From Alphaproteobacteria bacterium (GTDB lineage: Bacteria; Pseudomonadota; Alphaproteobacteria; CAAHEQ01; UBA3637), in the NCBI GenBank assembly GCA_017962565.1, contig JAGCVC010000001.1, forward strand, positions 79,119 through 143,118: a stretch of DNA of 64,000 nucleotides, given 5' to 3'. The notes under the pieces were generated by a model, which was given only the letters and a program-made list of their open reading frames with translations, was not told where the DNA came from and did no database searches. Of the stretch, positions 44,721-54,964 are shown in pieces (position 1 is the first letter of the stretch; every line of letters starts with the position of its first letter). A program made the position numbers and the translations under genes.

Positions 44721-44810
44721 ACGCCGCAATTTTATTCCTTATACTCTAAAAAGGAAACTTTGACAAGTTTTTTATCTTGCTTTATATTAAATAAATGAAA
44801 GGGATTTAAA

Positions 44811-45221
44811 ATGTTGATTCATGCTTCATGTGTTAAGTGGAAAAACAAGGGGATTTTACTTATAGGAGAGTCCGGTTGCGGTAAATCTACCGGGGCATTA
44901 GCTTTAATTGAAAAAGGTGCCACCCTGATTGCTGATGACTACATCAATATAGATATTCAAAACAATACCGTTTTTGCCGTTTGTCCCGATACGATTACGG
45001 GAAAAATAGAGGTGCGCGGAGTTGGTATTGTTAATATGAAATCTTTACCGCAAACACAAATTGATTTGGTTATTGATTGCAAACCGGATTTTGCGTCTGT
45101 TCCGCGTATGCCTGAAGAAAAAACACAAAATTTTTCTAATAAAGAAGTTCCCTTATATGCTCTTTGCCCTTTTGAAAACATCTTTGCACAAAAGGTTTCT
45201 CTAATCCTTGCAAGTTTGTAA
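44811..45221 (+). CDS. hprK: short-form HPr kinase/phosphorylase (C-terminal kinase domain only, alphaproteobacterial type)
   Basis: P-loop GESGCGKST. About 136 aa. Located upstream of EIIA-Man and NPr, as in the alphaproteobacterial regulatory PTS. Confidence 0.7.
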   Translation: MLIHASCVKWKNKGILLIGESGCGKSTGALALIEKGATLIADDYINIDIQNNTVFAVCPDTITGKIEVRGVGIVNMKSLPQTQIDLVIDCKPDFASVPRMPEEKTQNFSNKEVPLYALCPFENIFAQKVSLILASL

Positions 45222-45286
45222 TACTTTTTTACTTGCACTTTGAAATATCTTGTGCTACATTCTTTTTCAAGAAAAGAGGATAAAAA

Positions 45287-45685
45287 ATGATAGGCATTTT
45301 ATTAGTTACTCACGGTGATTTGGCCAAAGAAATGATTGGCGCGATGGAACACGTTGTCGGCAAACAAGATCAATTGGATATGGTTTGCATCGGCGAAAAC
45401 GATGACGTTGAAAAAAGTCGTCTGGATATTATAGAAAAAGTCAAACAATTAGACACGGGGGACGGTGTTTGCATAGCAACGGATATGTTTGGCGGTACAC
45501 CTTCAAACTTAGCTATTTCGGTTATGAAAAGCGATAAAGTGGAGGTTGTTGCCGGTTTAAACTTGCCAATGCTGATTAAATTGGTTCGTTTGCGTAATTT
45601 ACCGTTAAAACAAGTAGCGGAAGAAAGTGCACAAGCAGGACGCAAATACATCAATGTTGCCTCGGAGTTATTAAAAAATGAGTGA
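45287..45685 (+). CDS. PTS EIIA component, mannose/fructose class (regulatory PTS)
   Basis: MIGILLVTHGDLAKEMIGAMEHVVG matches EIIA-Man, including the phosphorylatable His of THG. Confidence 0.7.
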   Translation: MIGILLVTHGDLAKEMIGAMEHVVGKQDQLDMVCIGENDDVEKSRLDIIEKVKQLDTGDGVCIATDMFGGTPSNLAISVMKSDKVEVVAGLNLPMLIKLVRLRNLPLKQVAEESAQAGRKYINVASELLKNE

Positions 45686-45962
45686 TGAAGAAGCATTGGT
45701 TGAAGTGTTAACCATTTCAAATAAAAAGGGGTTGCACGCACGTGCAGCTTCTCTTTTTGTCAAACAAGTCGAACAATATGATGCAAAAGTTTGGGTTGAA
45801 AAGGACGGACAGCGCGTTTCCGGTAATTCAATCATGGGATTAATGATGTTGGCTGCGGCAAAAGGTACTCAAATCAAAGTATTATCCACCGGCAATCAAG
45901 CAAAAGAAGTCAGCAAATCCTTGTCTGACTTGGTTAATGACAGATTTCACGAAGAAGAATAA
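45678..45962 (+). CDS. ptsH: phosphocarrier protein HPr/NPr
   Basis: GLHARAA contains the His15 site. 94 aa. Overlaps the EIIA stop. Confidence 0.8.
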   Translation: MSDEEALVEVLTISNKKGLHARAASLFVKQVEQYDAKVWVEKDGQRVSGNSIMGLMMLAAAKGTQIKVLSTGNQAKEVSKSLSDLVNDRFHEEE

Positions 45963-45963
45963 T

Positions 45964-47142
45964 TTATTTTGCAGTCCTTTTAGGTGTTTGATAAAGCAAT
46001 TTTTGAATATAATACCCTTGAAACAAAGATATTCCGAGCGACTGTCCCCATTCAATTGCTCTTTTGTCATCAACATGGCATAAAATAATATGTCTTGCCT
46101 CATTTTCTTCAATACTTTTTATAAAGTCAGCTTCTTTTGAACGAGACAATAAATCTTCATTCCAAACCAATTTAATAAATTCCGCACCCAAACTTTCACG
46201 ACAAACAAACGACAAAGAATCTCCGGAAACCATATCTACACACAACCGATATCCCTGCTCTGTAATAAAACTGCGTGCGGCTAAAAAAGCAGAAAGGTTA
46301 CTGAATATATCGTGTTGCTTAATTTCCAATAAAATGCTTTTCCGACAAAGCGGATCTATGCTTTCGTTAAAATTTTGGAAATCCGGACTTAAAATTGTTT
46401 TGACAGCAATATTTAAACTGAAGTTTTTACGAAAAGCGCCGGCATCATGGTGCATCATATTTTCCAAAACACGCTTATCTAATGTTTCCAACAACCGATC
46501 CAACAACCACGGAGACTGGTAAATATCAACGGTCGGACACAATGCTTTTTTCAAATCCGCCAAAGCAACATAAATTTCTTCAAATAATTCAATAGGTTGG
46601 GCACGCCCGACCAAAGCACAAACAGCTTGCCGGCGCATTAAGCTGGACAAATCAGCCTGTCTTAATGATTTTTCCAATTGAGCCAATAGTGCCGGTGTAA
46701 AAGGCATAGAAAAATGTGTCTCCGGCAACACCGGCTGTAATTCTTGAACCCTTGAGGAAATAAAAGAGCTGTGGGAAGATGTTGATTTTGTTTCCTGTAT
46801 TAACGCTTTCAGTTTATCCAAATCATTTTTCAAGTGGTATAAATTATAAAAAGGACTTTTTCCTTTTAAATCACCGGTTAAAGAAACGCCCAAAATAAAT
46901 TGTATTTTAATCAACAAAGCGGCTATATCATCTTGATGATTTTCCGGAAAATATACAAAAATGCCTTTGACTTGATTATCCTCAAAAAACTGACATTTCT
47001 TTTCATGTTGTGCAACGGACAGCAAATCTTTTACTTCATGAAAATAATTTTCATCAATACATAACTGTAGCATATAACCTTTTGCCATAGTCGGCGTTAA
47101 AGCATCCAAAAAACGGTATAAAGGACTGCCGTTTAAAATCAT
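45964..47142 (-). CDS. hypothetical protein with a degenerate EAL-like C-terminal domain (paralog of the upstream gene)
   Basis: The C-terminus ...ILCHVDDKRAIEWGQSLGISLFQGYY resembles the EAL-domain tail (AEGVE...LGCD.AQGY), but the DDFGTG and EAL catalytic motifs are absent. Confidence 0.4.
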   Translation of the reverse strand: MILNGSPLYRFLDALTPTMAKGYMLQLCIDENYFHEVKDLLSVAQHEKKCQFFEDNQVKGIFVYFPENHQDDIAALLIKIQFILGVSLTGDLKGKSPFYNLYHLKNDLDKLKALIQETKSTSSHSSFISSRVQELQPVLPETHFSMPFTPALLAQLEKSLRQADLSSLMRRQAVCALVGRAQPIELFEEIYVALADLKKALCPTVDIYQSPWLLDRLLETLDKRVLENMMHHDAGAFRKNFSLNIAVKTILSPDFQNFNESIDPLCRKSILLEIKQHDIFSNLSAFLAARSFITEQGYRLCVDMVSGDSLSFVCRESLGAEFIKLVWNEDLLSRSKEADFIKSIEENEARHIILCHVDDKRAIEWGQSLGISLFQGYYIQKLLYQTPKRTAK

Positions 47143-48443
47143 AATTTCACCTCTTTCAGCGGAACATATGCATCCAAATGTGCTTCATGAACACATGCAG
47201 AACGCAAAGTGCCGTCAACAGCACTCCTGCGCAAACGACAATCAGCCAATGTACATTCTTGCCCAAAAGTACAGGTGTTTTTACAAATAGCGGCCAACAA
47301 AGTATCGACAAAATGCCCTTGAAATAAAGATATTCCCATTTGACGACCGAAAAGCAGAGCTTCTTCAGAACCGCAGCGTGACAAAATAATTTTTTTACCC
47401 GTTTGTTCCTTTAGAAATTTTGTTAACAACGGTTTGTCTTCCGATAATTTAGCAGACCAAAAAATCTTAAAACAATCCGCATTAAAAGATGTCATTGGAA
47501 TCATTTCCAACTCATTGATTGTAATAGCATCCAAAGCCACCAATATATTATTTTGTTTTAATTTAGTGTAGGCTTTACGGTATAAAGCCAAATCATGTAA
47601 AATATCTGACATTTGAAATTCAATCATCAGTTGGCGACCGGACATTTTGGGCAACATCTTATCAAATATTGGCAAAAAAATGCTTTGAACATTCAAGTTA
47701 ATGCTAACTAAAGACGGCCATGCTTTCAAATCTAAATCACACAAAGCGGATAACATTTGCTTATCCAACGTATCCATTAACATTGTGAACAACGCCTTAT
47801 CTGCCGTCAAATTTAAATGAGGTGCATACGCATTTTGCAGTTCAAGCAAAGAAGTAAAAAATTCCTGGCCGACTTCTTCATTTTTTTTATTTTTTTCAAA
47901 AGAAATTATACTTTGTCTGCGAATAAAATTTTTACTTTTGTTTTGTTCTATTTGATATAACAATTTTTCCAAAACTTCGGGCGTTAATTCCTTCACCAAG
48001 GCTGTTTCGGATAAATCTGAAACAACAGATTCCAAATTTTTGGGTTGAGCCTTAACTTTGGGTTGCAACAAATCAAGCAATGTATCTTTATCTTTGTCTA
48101 AAAAGAAAATTTGTTCAAAAGCTCCGGCAGATTGAGAAGAAATGAAAAAATCATCCGAAAACAAACCTTTTATTTGATACAAAATATCATCAATTGCATC
48201 CAAAACAGGATTTGCCGTTAACAACAAAAAGTCATGGTTGGAAAGCAAAAACAACCGAGCTTGCGCATGATTGAGTAACGGTTCGAAAATCTTTGAAACA
48301 ATTTCCAGTTGGTGATAGCCGCGATTTTCCGGCTGTAATTTTGACATTGCCACATAAACAGCACAAAAAGGCACATTCAAAGTTTCAATTCTTTGAATTG
48401 CTTCTATTGCTTGTTCTTCCGGTGACAAAATCTTTTTAGACAT
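47139..48443 (-). CDS. hypothetical protein with a degenerate EAL-like C-terminal domain
   Basis: INLNVQSIF...LMIEFQMSD...ILVALDAIT...ADCFKIFWSA...IILSRCGSEEALLFGRQMGISLFQGHF runs parallel to the EAL motifs (VNLS..Q / LELEITE / IALDDFG / IDKSF / AEGVE...QGY) with catalytic residues replaced. Overlaps the downstream paralog by 4 nt. Confidence 0.4.
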   Translation of the reverse strand: MSKKILSPEEQAIEAIQRIETLNVPFCAVYVAMSKLQPENRGYHQLEIVSKIFEPLLNHAQARLFLLSNHDFLLLTANPVLDAIDDILYQIKGLFSDDFFISSQSAGAFEQIFFLDKDKDTLLDLLQPKVKAQPKNLESVVSDLSETALVKELTPEVLEKLLYQIEQNKSKNFIRRQSIISFEKNKKNEEVGQEFFTSLLELQNAYAPHLNLTADKALFTMLMDTLDKQMLSALCDLDLKAWPSLVSINLNVQSIFLPIFDKMLPKMSGRQLMIEFQMSDILHDLALYRKAYTKLKQNNILVALDAITINELEMIPMTSFNADCFKIFWSAKLSEDKPLLTKFLKEQTGKKIILSRCGSEEALLFGRQMGISLFQGHFVDTLLAAICKNTCTFGQECTLADCRLRRSAVDGTLRSACVHEAHLDAYVPLKEVKL

Positions 48444-48550
48444 ATCTTTTCCTTTTTGCTTATCGTATGAGAAAATATGTTAAAAGTAAAGTAAAAGTTA
48501 CATGATATTTTTTATTTGACTTTTTTCTTTTTCATTGCTAGCATTTTTTT

Positions 48551-49363
48551 ATGATTAAGAAGTTTTTATTTTTGATTTTCTTTTCTTTTCCAGCCTTTGC
48601 TTTTACCATTCCGGAAAATTTAACGCAAGGGATGCTCGTCTATGGAACTGCGGACGAAAATGAAGAAATCTATTACGAAGACTTACCTGTTCCCGTTTAC
48701 AACGGCAAATATGTTTTTGCTTTGGGACGCAATGCACCGGATGAAATTCAAATAACAATTAAGCGCGGTTGGTTTGACAGTGAAAAAAAGCTGTTTAAAG
48801 TTGCACCGCGTGAATGGCAAAAAGATGTTTTTGACGGTGTACCAGAAAAGACAATGAAACCATCTGAAGAAGATTCAAAACGTATTGCCGAAGAACAAAA
48901 ATTATTGGACGCAGCGCGTGCAAAAAGGCCCATCAAAAACGGTTTTCCGACATGTTTTATCAAGCCGGTAGAAGAAACACGCATATCATCCGCGTTCGGT
49001 TCACAAAGAATCATTAACGGTGTTCCGCAAAGGCCACACAGTGGTGTTGATATGGCGGCTCCCGAAGGAACTCCCGTTAAAGCATCCGCAGACGGCGTTG
49101 TTATTTTAGCTCATGACGATTTATTTTATACGGGCGGAACGGTTTTAATCGAACACGGAAATGGTGTTCAAACGGGGTATTCACATTTAAGCAAAGTTGA
49201 TGTCAAAACAGGCGATATCGTTAAACAAGGTGATGTTGTCGGATCAGTCGGTATGACCGGTCGCGCAAACGGACCACATTTACACTTTACATTGGCTTGG
49301 GAAAATATCCGTGTTGCGCCGGAGTTTGAATACTGTACAAGCTGTCCCTGTGGGGACAAATAA
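48551..49363 (+). CDS. M23-family (LytM-type) metalloendopeptidase, secreted
   Basis: Signal peptide. HSGVDMAAP..GTPV.A...G.V and GYSHLS...G.VGMTG...GPHLHF are the M23 zinc-ligand motifs. Confidence 0.8.
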   Translation: MIKKFLFLIFFSFPAFAFTIPENLTQGMLVYGTADENEEIYYEDLPVPVYNGKYVFALGRNAPDEIQITIKRGWFDSEKKLFKVAPREWQKDVFDGVPEKTMKPSEEDSKRIAEEQKLLDAARAKRPIKNGFPTCFIKPVEETRISSAFGSQRIINGVPQRPHSGVDMAAPEGTPVKASADGVVILAHDDLFYTGGTVLIEHGNGVQTGYSHLSKVDVKTGDIVKQGDVVGSVGMTGRANGPHLHFTLAWENIRVAPEFEYCTSCPCGDK

Positions 49364-49427
49364 TCATTGCTATTTTCATAAAAATTTGTTATTTTACAAC
49401 TATAATATAAATGTAAAGGAAATTACT

Positions 49428-50822
49428 ATGTTAAAATTATTCAATACTCGTACACATTCTTTGGAAGAATTTAAACCGTTGGTTGGAAATCAAGTTCGTA
49501 TGTATGGTTGCGGACCGACTGTTTATAACTATGCACACATTGGCAATCAAAGGGCATATATTTTTTATGATTTACTGCGCCGTTATTTAAAATATAAAGG
49601 CTATGATGTTTTGTTTGCCATGAATATCACGGACGTTGATGATAAAACTATTCGTTCTTCACGTGAAGCCGGTAAATCTTTGCGCGAATATACAACTTTT
49701 TATATGAACGAATTTTTTAAAGATTGGGAGGTTTTAAATATTGCTCGTCCTGATAAAGTTATTCGTGCTACGGATGAAATTGAAGCCATGGTAGATACCA
49801 TTGAAATTTTAATGCAAAAAGGGCATGCTTACAAAGCCGCCAGCGGTGATATTTTCTTTAAAATTTCGACTTTTCCGGATTACGGAAAAATGGCTAATAT
49901 TGATGCCAGCAAATTAAAAGTAAATGCTGACGGTCGTTTGGCAGACGAATATGAAAAAGAAGATGCTCAAGATTTTGCTTTATGGAAAGCATGGACAGAG
50001 GCTGATGGAGATGTTTACTGGGATACGCGTATCGGTAAAGGTCGCCCGGGTTGGCATATTGAATGTTCAACCATGAGCCATAAATATCTGGGTCAACCGT
50101 TTGATATTCATACCGGCGGTGTAGATTTAATTTTTCCACACCACACTAACGAAATTGCTCAATCCGAATGCGCTTACGGTTGCTTGTTTGCAAATTTCTT
50201 TGTGCATAATGCTCATTTGATGGTAAACGGTGAAAAAATGTCGAAAAGCAAGCACAATTTCTATACCGTTCGTGATTTAATTGCTAAAGGCTATGACAAA
50301 CGTGCTATCCGTTACGAATTTTTAAAATCCAGCTATCGTCAAACATTGGATTTTATCGAAAGCAATATGGCCGGAAACAAATCCGTTATTGACAGATTGG
50401 ATAATTTTATGGAACGCTTAAATACTGCAAATGGTAGCGGATGGAATGAAACGGATAATATTGTTCAAACAGCACGCACAAATTTTGAAGAAGCAATGGA
50501 TAATGACTTGAATACACCGGAAGCATTCGCCGCTATTTTTGAATTGATGAACACGGTTAACAAAAACTTTGATTCATTATCGGCTGATGATGCCAAAAAA
50601 ATTACCGATACAATAAAATCGTTTGATACAGTATTGGGCGTTTTACCGGAAAAACAAGAACGTACTTTAACGGCGGAAGAACAAGCTTTGATTGACAAAC
50701 GACAAGCCGCTCGTACAGCAAAAGATTGGGCAACGGCAGATGCCTTAAAAGCCGAATTGATTGCTCGCGGAATTGAAGTCAAAGATACACCGACCGGACC
50801 ACAAATTCGTTTTGTAAATTAA
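49428..50822 (+). CDS. cysS: cysteine--tRNA ligase (true start ATG 49428 with AAAGGA RBS; the 49311 start is an ORF-track extension)
   Basis: Class-I HIGH (AHIGN) and KMSKS motifs. Zinc-binding Cys residues. Full-length CysS architecture. Confidence 0.93.
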   Translation: MLKLFNTRTHSLEEFKPLVGNQVRMYGCGPTVYNYAHIGNQRAYIFYDLLRRYLKYKGYDVLFAMNITDVDDKTIRSSREAGKSLREYTTFYMNEFFKDWEVLNIARPDKVIRATDEIEAMVDTIEILMQKGHAYKAASGDIFFKISTFPDYGKMANIDASKLKVNADGRLADEYEKEDAQDFALWKAWTEADGDVYWDTRIGKGRPGWHIECSTMSHKYLGQPFDIHTGGVDLIFPHHTNEIAQSECAYGCLFANFFVHNAHLMVNGEKMSKSKHNFYTVRDLIAKGYDKRAIRYEFLKSSYRQTLDFIESNMAGNKSVIDRLDNFMERLNTANGSGWNETDNIVQTARTNFEEAMDNDLNTPEAFAAIFELMNTVNKNFDSLSADDAKKITDTIKSFDTVLGVLPEKQERTLTAEEQALIDKRQAARTAKDWATADALKAELIARGIEVKDTPTGPQIRFVN

Positions 50823-50837
50823 ACGAACAAAACAAAA

Positions 50838-50866
50838 ACACCGTTTCAATCGAAGCGGTGTTTTTT
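50838..50866. terminator. bidirectional terminator between cysS and rpsT (CACCGTTTC-AATC-GAAGCGGTG plus T6)
   Basis: 9-bp stem (one G-U pair) with a T-run on the plus strand and an A-run upstream. Confidence 0.65.
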
Positions 50867-50886
50867 ATATCCAAGAATTAAAATTC

Positions 50887-51147
50887 TTACATTTTTTTGA
50901 TGGCAGCTGATAATCTGGATGTTTTGCGAGCAGCAGCGAGTTTTTTGATAACGCCTTTGCCGGCAGCTTTACCCAAAGCAGATTCAGCGTGTTTAAAGTT
51001 TTCTTGAGCTTCTTCTTTGTTTTTATTCAAAACTGCAGCTTCTACTTTTTTTACCCAAGTACGAACACTGGATAAATAAGTGTGATTAAACACTTCACGC
51101 TTTTGGTTTCTTTTAATCCGAATTCGTGCCGATTTATGATTGGCCAT
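50887..51147 (-). CDS. rpsT: 30S ribosomal protein S20
   Basis: MANHKSA.KRIKRN.KR...N matches the S20 family. 86 aa. Confidence 0.9.
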   Translation of the reverse strand: MANHKSARIRIKRNQKREVFNHTYLSSVRTWVKKVEAAVLNKNKEEAQENFKHAESALGKAAGKGVIKKLAAARKTSRLSAAIKKM

Positions 51148-51225
51148 TTTCTTTTCCCTAAAAAATAATACTAATTCAACAAAATACCGGACTCTTATAC
51201 AGTATCTTTTTTAAAATGTCAAGCA

Positions 51226-51612
51226 TTATTTTGATTTTGTTACCAATTCGAAAACAACTGTCGTCTTTTTTTTGCTTTCTGATTGTTCTTCTGTCGTGCT
51301 GATACGCAATACATCACCTTCTCGAACAAAATTTCCTTGTTCTTCTTCAACCCACCCAAGTTGAGGCAATGTTTGATGGTAAAAGTCTAAAACTTTTTTC
51401 GAATCGACTGATGCAACGGCCTTTGAAAAATAAAGCCGCCCGTCTTCAGTATCAAAATCGAATGTTTCATCATCCAATAAAGTCAAAGCATTCATCAACG
51501 GAACATCTTCCGTTCCTGTCAAAAAATCATCAGCATATACCGGAAATACGCTTATAAAAAGCGCTAACAGAGAAACTAAAAATAATTTAACCGTTTGATG
51601 GCATCGGGGCAT
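51226..51612 (-). CDS. hypothetical secreted protein (128 aa)
   Basis: N-terminal hydrophobic signal LFLVSLLALFISVFPVYA. Overlaps the upstream Sel1 gene by 26 nt. Confidence 0.4.
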   Translation of the reverse strand: MPRCHQTVKLFLVSLLALFISVFPVYADDFLTGTEDVPLMNALTLLDDETFDFDTEDGRLYFSKAVASVDSKKVLDFYHQTLPQLGWVEEEQGNFVREGDVLRISTTEEQSESKKKTTVVFELVTKSK

Positions 51613-52372
51613 TATCTAAATCCTCCTGCGAAAAGATAGATTCATTAGCTTTTGCTCGTTCGTTTCTGTTTTCACGTTCACGTGTCAAGATAGACTTTTC
51701 CGTTTTCTTCTTAGCCGGTTTGGCTGCTTGTTTATCCTTACCATCTTCTGCTTTTGCTTCTTTTACCGCCTTAGTACCCGAATATGGCAACGGATCACTA
51801 GAAGATTTCATTTTCCCGTATTTTTTCAAATCACGGGCATCGGTTTTAGCAATTTCAATTCCTTCTTTAATCTTTTCTTGTTTGGCAATTTCATCTTCCA
51901 AATCTCTTTTGACGGCTTCATTGATGGTCGGAATTAAATTTTGCAAAGATTTTGTGGATGCTTCAATATCTTGAATTGATAAAAACTGTTCAATGCTGGC
52001 ACCTAATCTGTCCGCATCAGCGTGACCGTTCAAAGCTGCGACAGTGGCCCATTTATAAGCAGCCAATTCACTTTTTGGCAACAAAATTCCCTTTTGGTAT
52101 AAACGTGCAACCTGATATTGCGCTTCCGGATGGTTATCCAAAGCAGCCGCCAACAAACAATAAGGAGCACCCTGTTTAGCATATCCGGTTTCTTCCAATA
52201 AACGCATACCGGCATCGAGCAATTCTTGTGATGTCAAACTGCTGTCACATTCCGGCGGAATAATTAATTCACGATTATCTTCCCCAAAACCCCAAAACAC
52301 TTCTTGAGCCATAACAACAGGCGCAAAAAGCGTTATAATTCCAATCAAAAACAGTTTTTTTAGCATGGCCAC
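51587..52372 (-). CDS. Sel1-like repeat (TPR-related) secreted protein with a Lys-rich C-terminal tail
   Basis: Signal MAMLKKLFLIGIITLFAPVVMA. Sel1-type repeats (A.YQVARLYQKG...A.KW...AA.NGHADA). Confidence 0.55.
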   Translation of the reverse strand: MAMLKKLFLIGIITLFAPVVMAQEVFWGFGEDNRELIIPPECDSSLTSQELLDAGMRLLEETGYAKQGAPYCLLAAALDNHPEAQYQVARLYQKGILLPKSELAAYKWATVAALNGHADADRLGASIEQFLSIQDIEASTKSLQNLIPTINEAVKRDLEDEIAKQEKIKEGIEIAKTDARDLKKYGKMKSSSDPLPYSGTKAVKEAKAEDGKDKQAAKPAKKKTEKSILTRERENRNERAKANESIFSQEDLDNAPMPSNG

Positions 52373-52505
52373 CTCTTCAAAACTTTTTTTATCATAAACA
52401 TCATTCTTTTAACATAAAGTTAATTTTTTTCAAAAATAATAGATTTAATGGCAAAGTTCTGCTACAAAGATAAAGTAAAAAAATTTTTTAGGAGATTCGA
52501 AAGTT

Positions 52506-54953
52506 ATGAAGTTGCAAAAATTTAAAAAGCCTACACCGGAAATATTGGCTCATCACATTGAATTACACATGAAGTACACATTGTGCAAACAGATGAAAGA
52601 GGCTACCAAAGAACATTTGTTCACAGCCTTGGCTTTGGCTGTTCGCGACTGGTGTATTGACCAAATGTTTGAAACAGCGTCAAGACACAGTAAAAAAGAT
52701 CCTAAAAGAGTTTATTATTTATCCATGGAATACTTGATTGGTCGATTGCTTGAAAACAACTTACATAATTTTGGCATTTATGACATTTTAGACAAAGTTA
52801 AAATTGATAATCCGATTCCTTTGCGTGAAGTATTGGATGCAGAATATGACCCGGCTTTGGGTAATGGTGGTTTAGGACGTTTGGCAGCTTGCTTTTTGGA
52901 CAGTATGGCGACAATGGGGTTACCCGGATACGGATATGGTATCAACTATCAATTCGGATTGTTCCGCCAACGCTTTGAAAACGGCTATCAAAAAGAAAGC
53001 GCTGACAGTTGGATAGAACGTGATTCGCCTTGGCAAATTGAACGAAGTGACCGCAGCTGTTATATTCCGATTCGCGGACGCATTCATTATGATGAAAAAG
53101 ATGGTGTTCGTTATCCCCGTTGGGTTGACGCTGATCATATTATGGGAATCCCTTATGATATGCCAATTGTCGGCTTTGGCGGACAAACGGTTAATTACTT
53201 AAGATTATTTTCCGCCCATGCGACAAACGCTTTGAATTTGCAAGTTTTCAACACCGGTGGTTACGTTGATGCGGTCGAAAATAATATTAAAATAGAAACT
53301 ATTTCAAAAGTTTTATACCCGTCCGACTCATTTGAAGAAGGCAGAAAATTGCGCTTATTACAGCAATATTTCTTTGTATCTTGTGCAATCAATGATATTT
53401 TGCGGCGTTTTTTGGAAGATCATGATGATTTGCATCAATTACCCGACAAAGTGGTTATTCAATTAAACGACACACATCCGACTTTGGCCATTGTTGAATT
53501 AATGCGTATTTTGATAGACGTTCATGGTTTATCTTTTGAAGATTCTTGGGATATTGTTTGCCGTACAATGGCATATACAAACCATACTTTATTACCAGAA
53601 GCTTTGGAAAAATGGAGCATTTCGTTATTTGAAGAAAACTTACCGCGACATTTATTGATTATCTATGACATCAATGAATGGCTGATGAAAAAAGTTCGTG
53701 AAGCGTTTCCGGGTGATTCGGCAAAATTGGCACGTATGTCTATTTTTGAAGAAGGCAATCAAAAGAAAGTACGTATGGCGCATTTGGCTATTGCCGGCAG
53801 TTTTTCTGTTAACGGTGTTGCTGAATTACATTCCGAACTGGTTAAGACAGATTTGGTTCCCGATTTTTATGAAATGTGGCCTAAAAAGTTTAATAACAAA
53901 ACAAACGGTGTAACACCAAGACGTTGGTTATTAGACTGTAACACCCAATTGGCTGATTTAATTTCCAGTCACATCGGTGATGAATGGATTACGGATCTGA
54001 ATCACCTAAATCAACTGAAAGCTTTTGTCAACGACAATAAGTTTTTAAAAGAATTTATGGCGGTCAAAGCCAATAACAAGCGCAATTTAGCGGAATATAT
54101 TTTTAATACAACGGGTGTTGGCGTTGATCCTGAATCCATTTTTGATGTTCAAGTTAAACGTATTCACGAATATAAACGCCAATTATTAAATGCTTTGCAT
54201 ATTATTCATCAATACTTTTCCATTGTTGAAGACGGGGTTATCTTACCAACTCCAAAAACTTATATCTTTGGTGGAAAGGCAGCTCCGGAATATACGATGG
54301 CAAAATTAATTATTAAACTGATTAACAACATTGCACGTGTGGTTAATCACGATCTAAAAGCGTCTAAACAATTGCGCGTTGCTTTTGTTCCAGATTATAA
54401 AGTTTCTGTGGCGGAAAAAATTATTCCGGCGACAGATATTTCCGAACAAATTTCAACAGCTGGTTTTGAAGCTTCCGGTACCGGTAATATGAAATTCATG
54501 ATGAACGGAGCTTTAACATTGGGAACGTTGGATGGTGCCAATATTGAAATTCGTCAAGAAGTCGGAGAAGAAAATTTCTATTTATTCGGACTGACTTCCG
54601 AACAAGTTAACGAACACCACAAAAACGGAACACATAAACCATGGGATTACTACAACTCTGATTTACGTATCAAACGCGTAATGGATGCTTTGACATCCAG
54701 TTTGTTCTGTGATGATGAACCGGGATTGTTTACACCTATTTTCCAAAACATCATGTTCAATGACTTCTATTTGATTTTGGCGGATTTTGATTCTTACTTA
54801 AAGACGCAAGAACAAATCCAAAAAGATTATTCAAATAAAATGGATTGGGCAAGAAAAGCCTTATTAAACGTGGCATGCAGCGGCAAATTTTCTTCCGACA
54901 GAACAATCAAAGAATATGCTGAAGAAATTTGGCACGTAAAATCGACTTTATAG
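52506..54953 (+). CDS. glgP: glycogen/maltodextrin phosphorylase
   Basis: Full-length match including the PLP-lysine region EASGTGNMKFMMNGALT.GT.DGANIE. Confidence 0.95.
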   Translation: MKLQKFKKPTPEILAHHIELHMKYTLCKQMKEATKEHLFTALALAVRDWCIDQMFETASRHSKKDPKRVYYLSMEYLIGRLLENNLHNFGIYDILDKVKIDNPIPLREVLDAEYDPALGNGGLGRLAACFLDSMATMGLPGYGYGINYQFGLFRQRFENGYQKESADSWIERDSPWQIERSDRSCYIPIRGRIHYDEKDGVRYPRWVDADHIMGIPYDMPIVGFGGQTVNYLRLFSAHATNALNLQVFNTGGYVDAVENNIKIETISKVLYPSDSFEEGRKLRLLQQYFFVSCAINDILRRFLEDHDDLHQLPDKVVIQLNDTHPTLAIVELMRILIDVHGLSFEDSWDIVCRTMAYTNHTLLPEALEKWSISLFEENLPRHLLIIYDINEWLMKKVREAFPGDSAKLARMSIFEEGNQKKVRMAHLAIAGSFSVNGVAELHSELVKTDLVPDFYEMWPKKFNNKTNGVTPRRWLLDCNTQLADLISSHIGDEWITDLNHLNQLKAFVNDNKFLKEFMAVKANNKRNLAEYIFNTTGVGVDPESIFDVQVKRIHEYKRQLLNALHIIHQYFSIVEDGVILPTPKTYIFGGKAAPEYTMAKLIIKLINNIARVVNHDLKASKQLRVAFVPDYKVSVAEKIIPATDISEQISTAGFEASGTGNMKFMMNGALTLGTLDGANIEIRQEVGEENFYLFGLTSEQVNEHHKNGTHKPWDYYNSDLRIKRVMDALTSSLFCDDEPGLFTPIFQNIMFNDFYLILADFDSYLKTQEQIQKDYSNKMDWARKALLNVACSGKFSSDRTIKEYAEEIWHVKSTL

Positions 54954-54964
54954 GAAAAATCAAA

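Noticed and set aside
49311-49427. The extended CysS start at 49311 in the ORF track.
   Set aside because: It overlaps the end of the M23 peptidase gene and has no RBS. The conserved CysS N-terminus (MLKLFNT...) begins at ATG 49428, which has an AAAGGA RBS.
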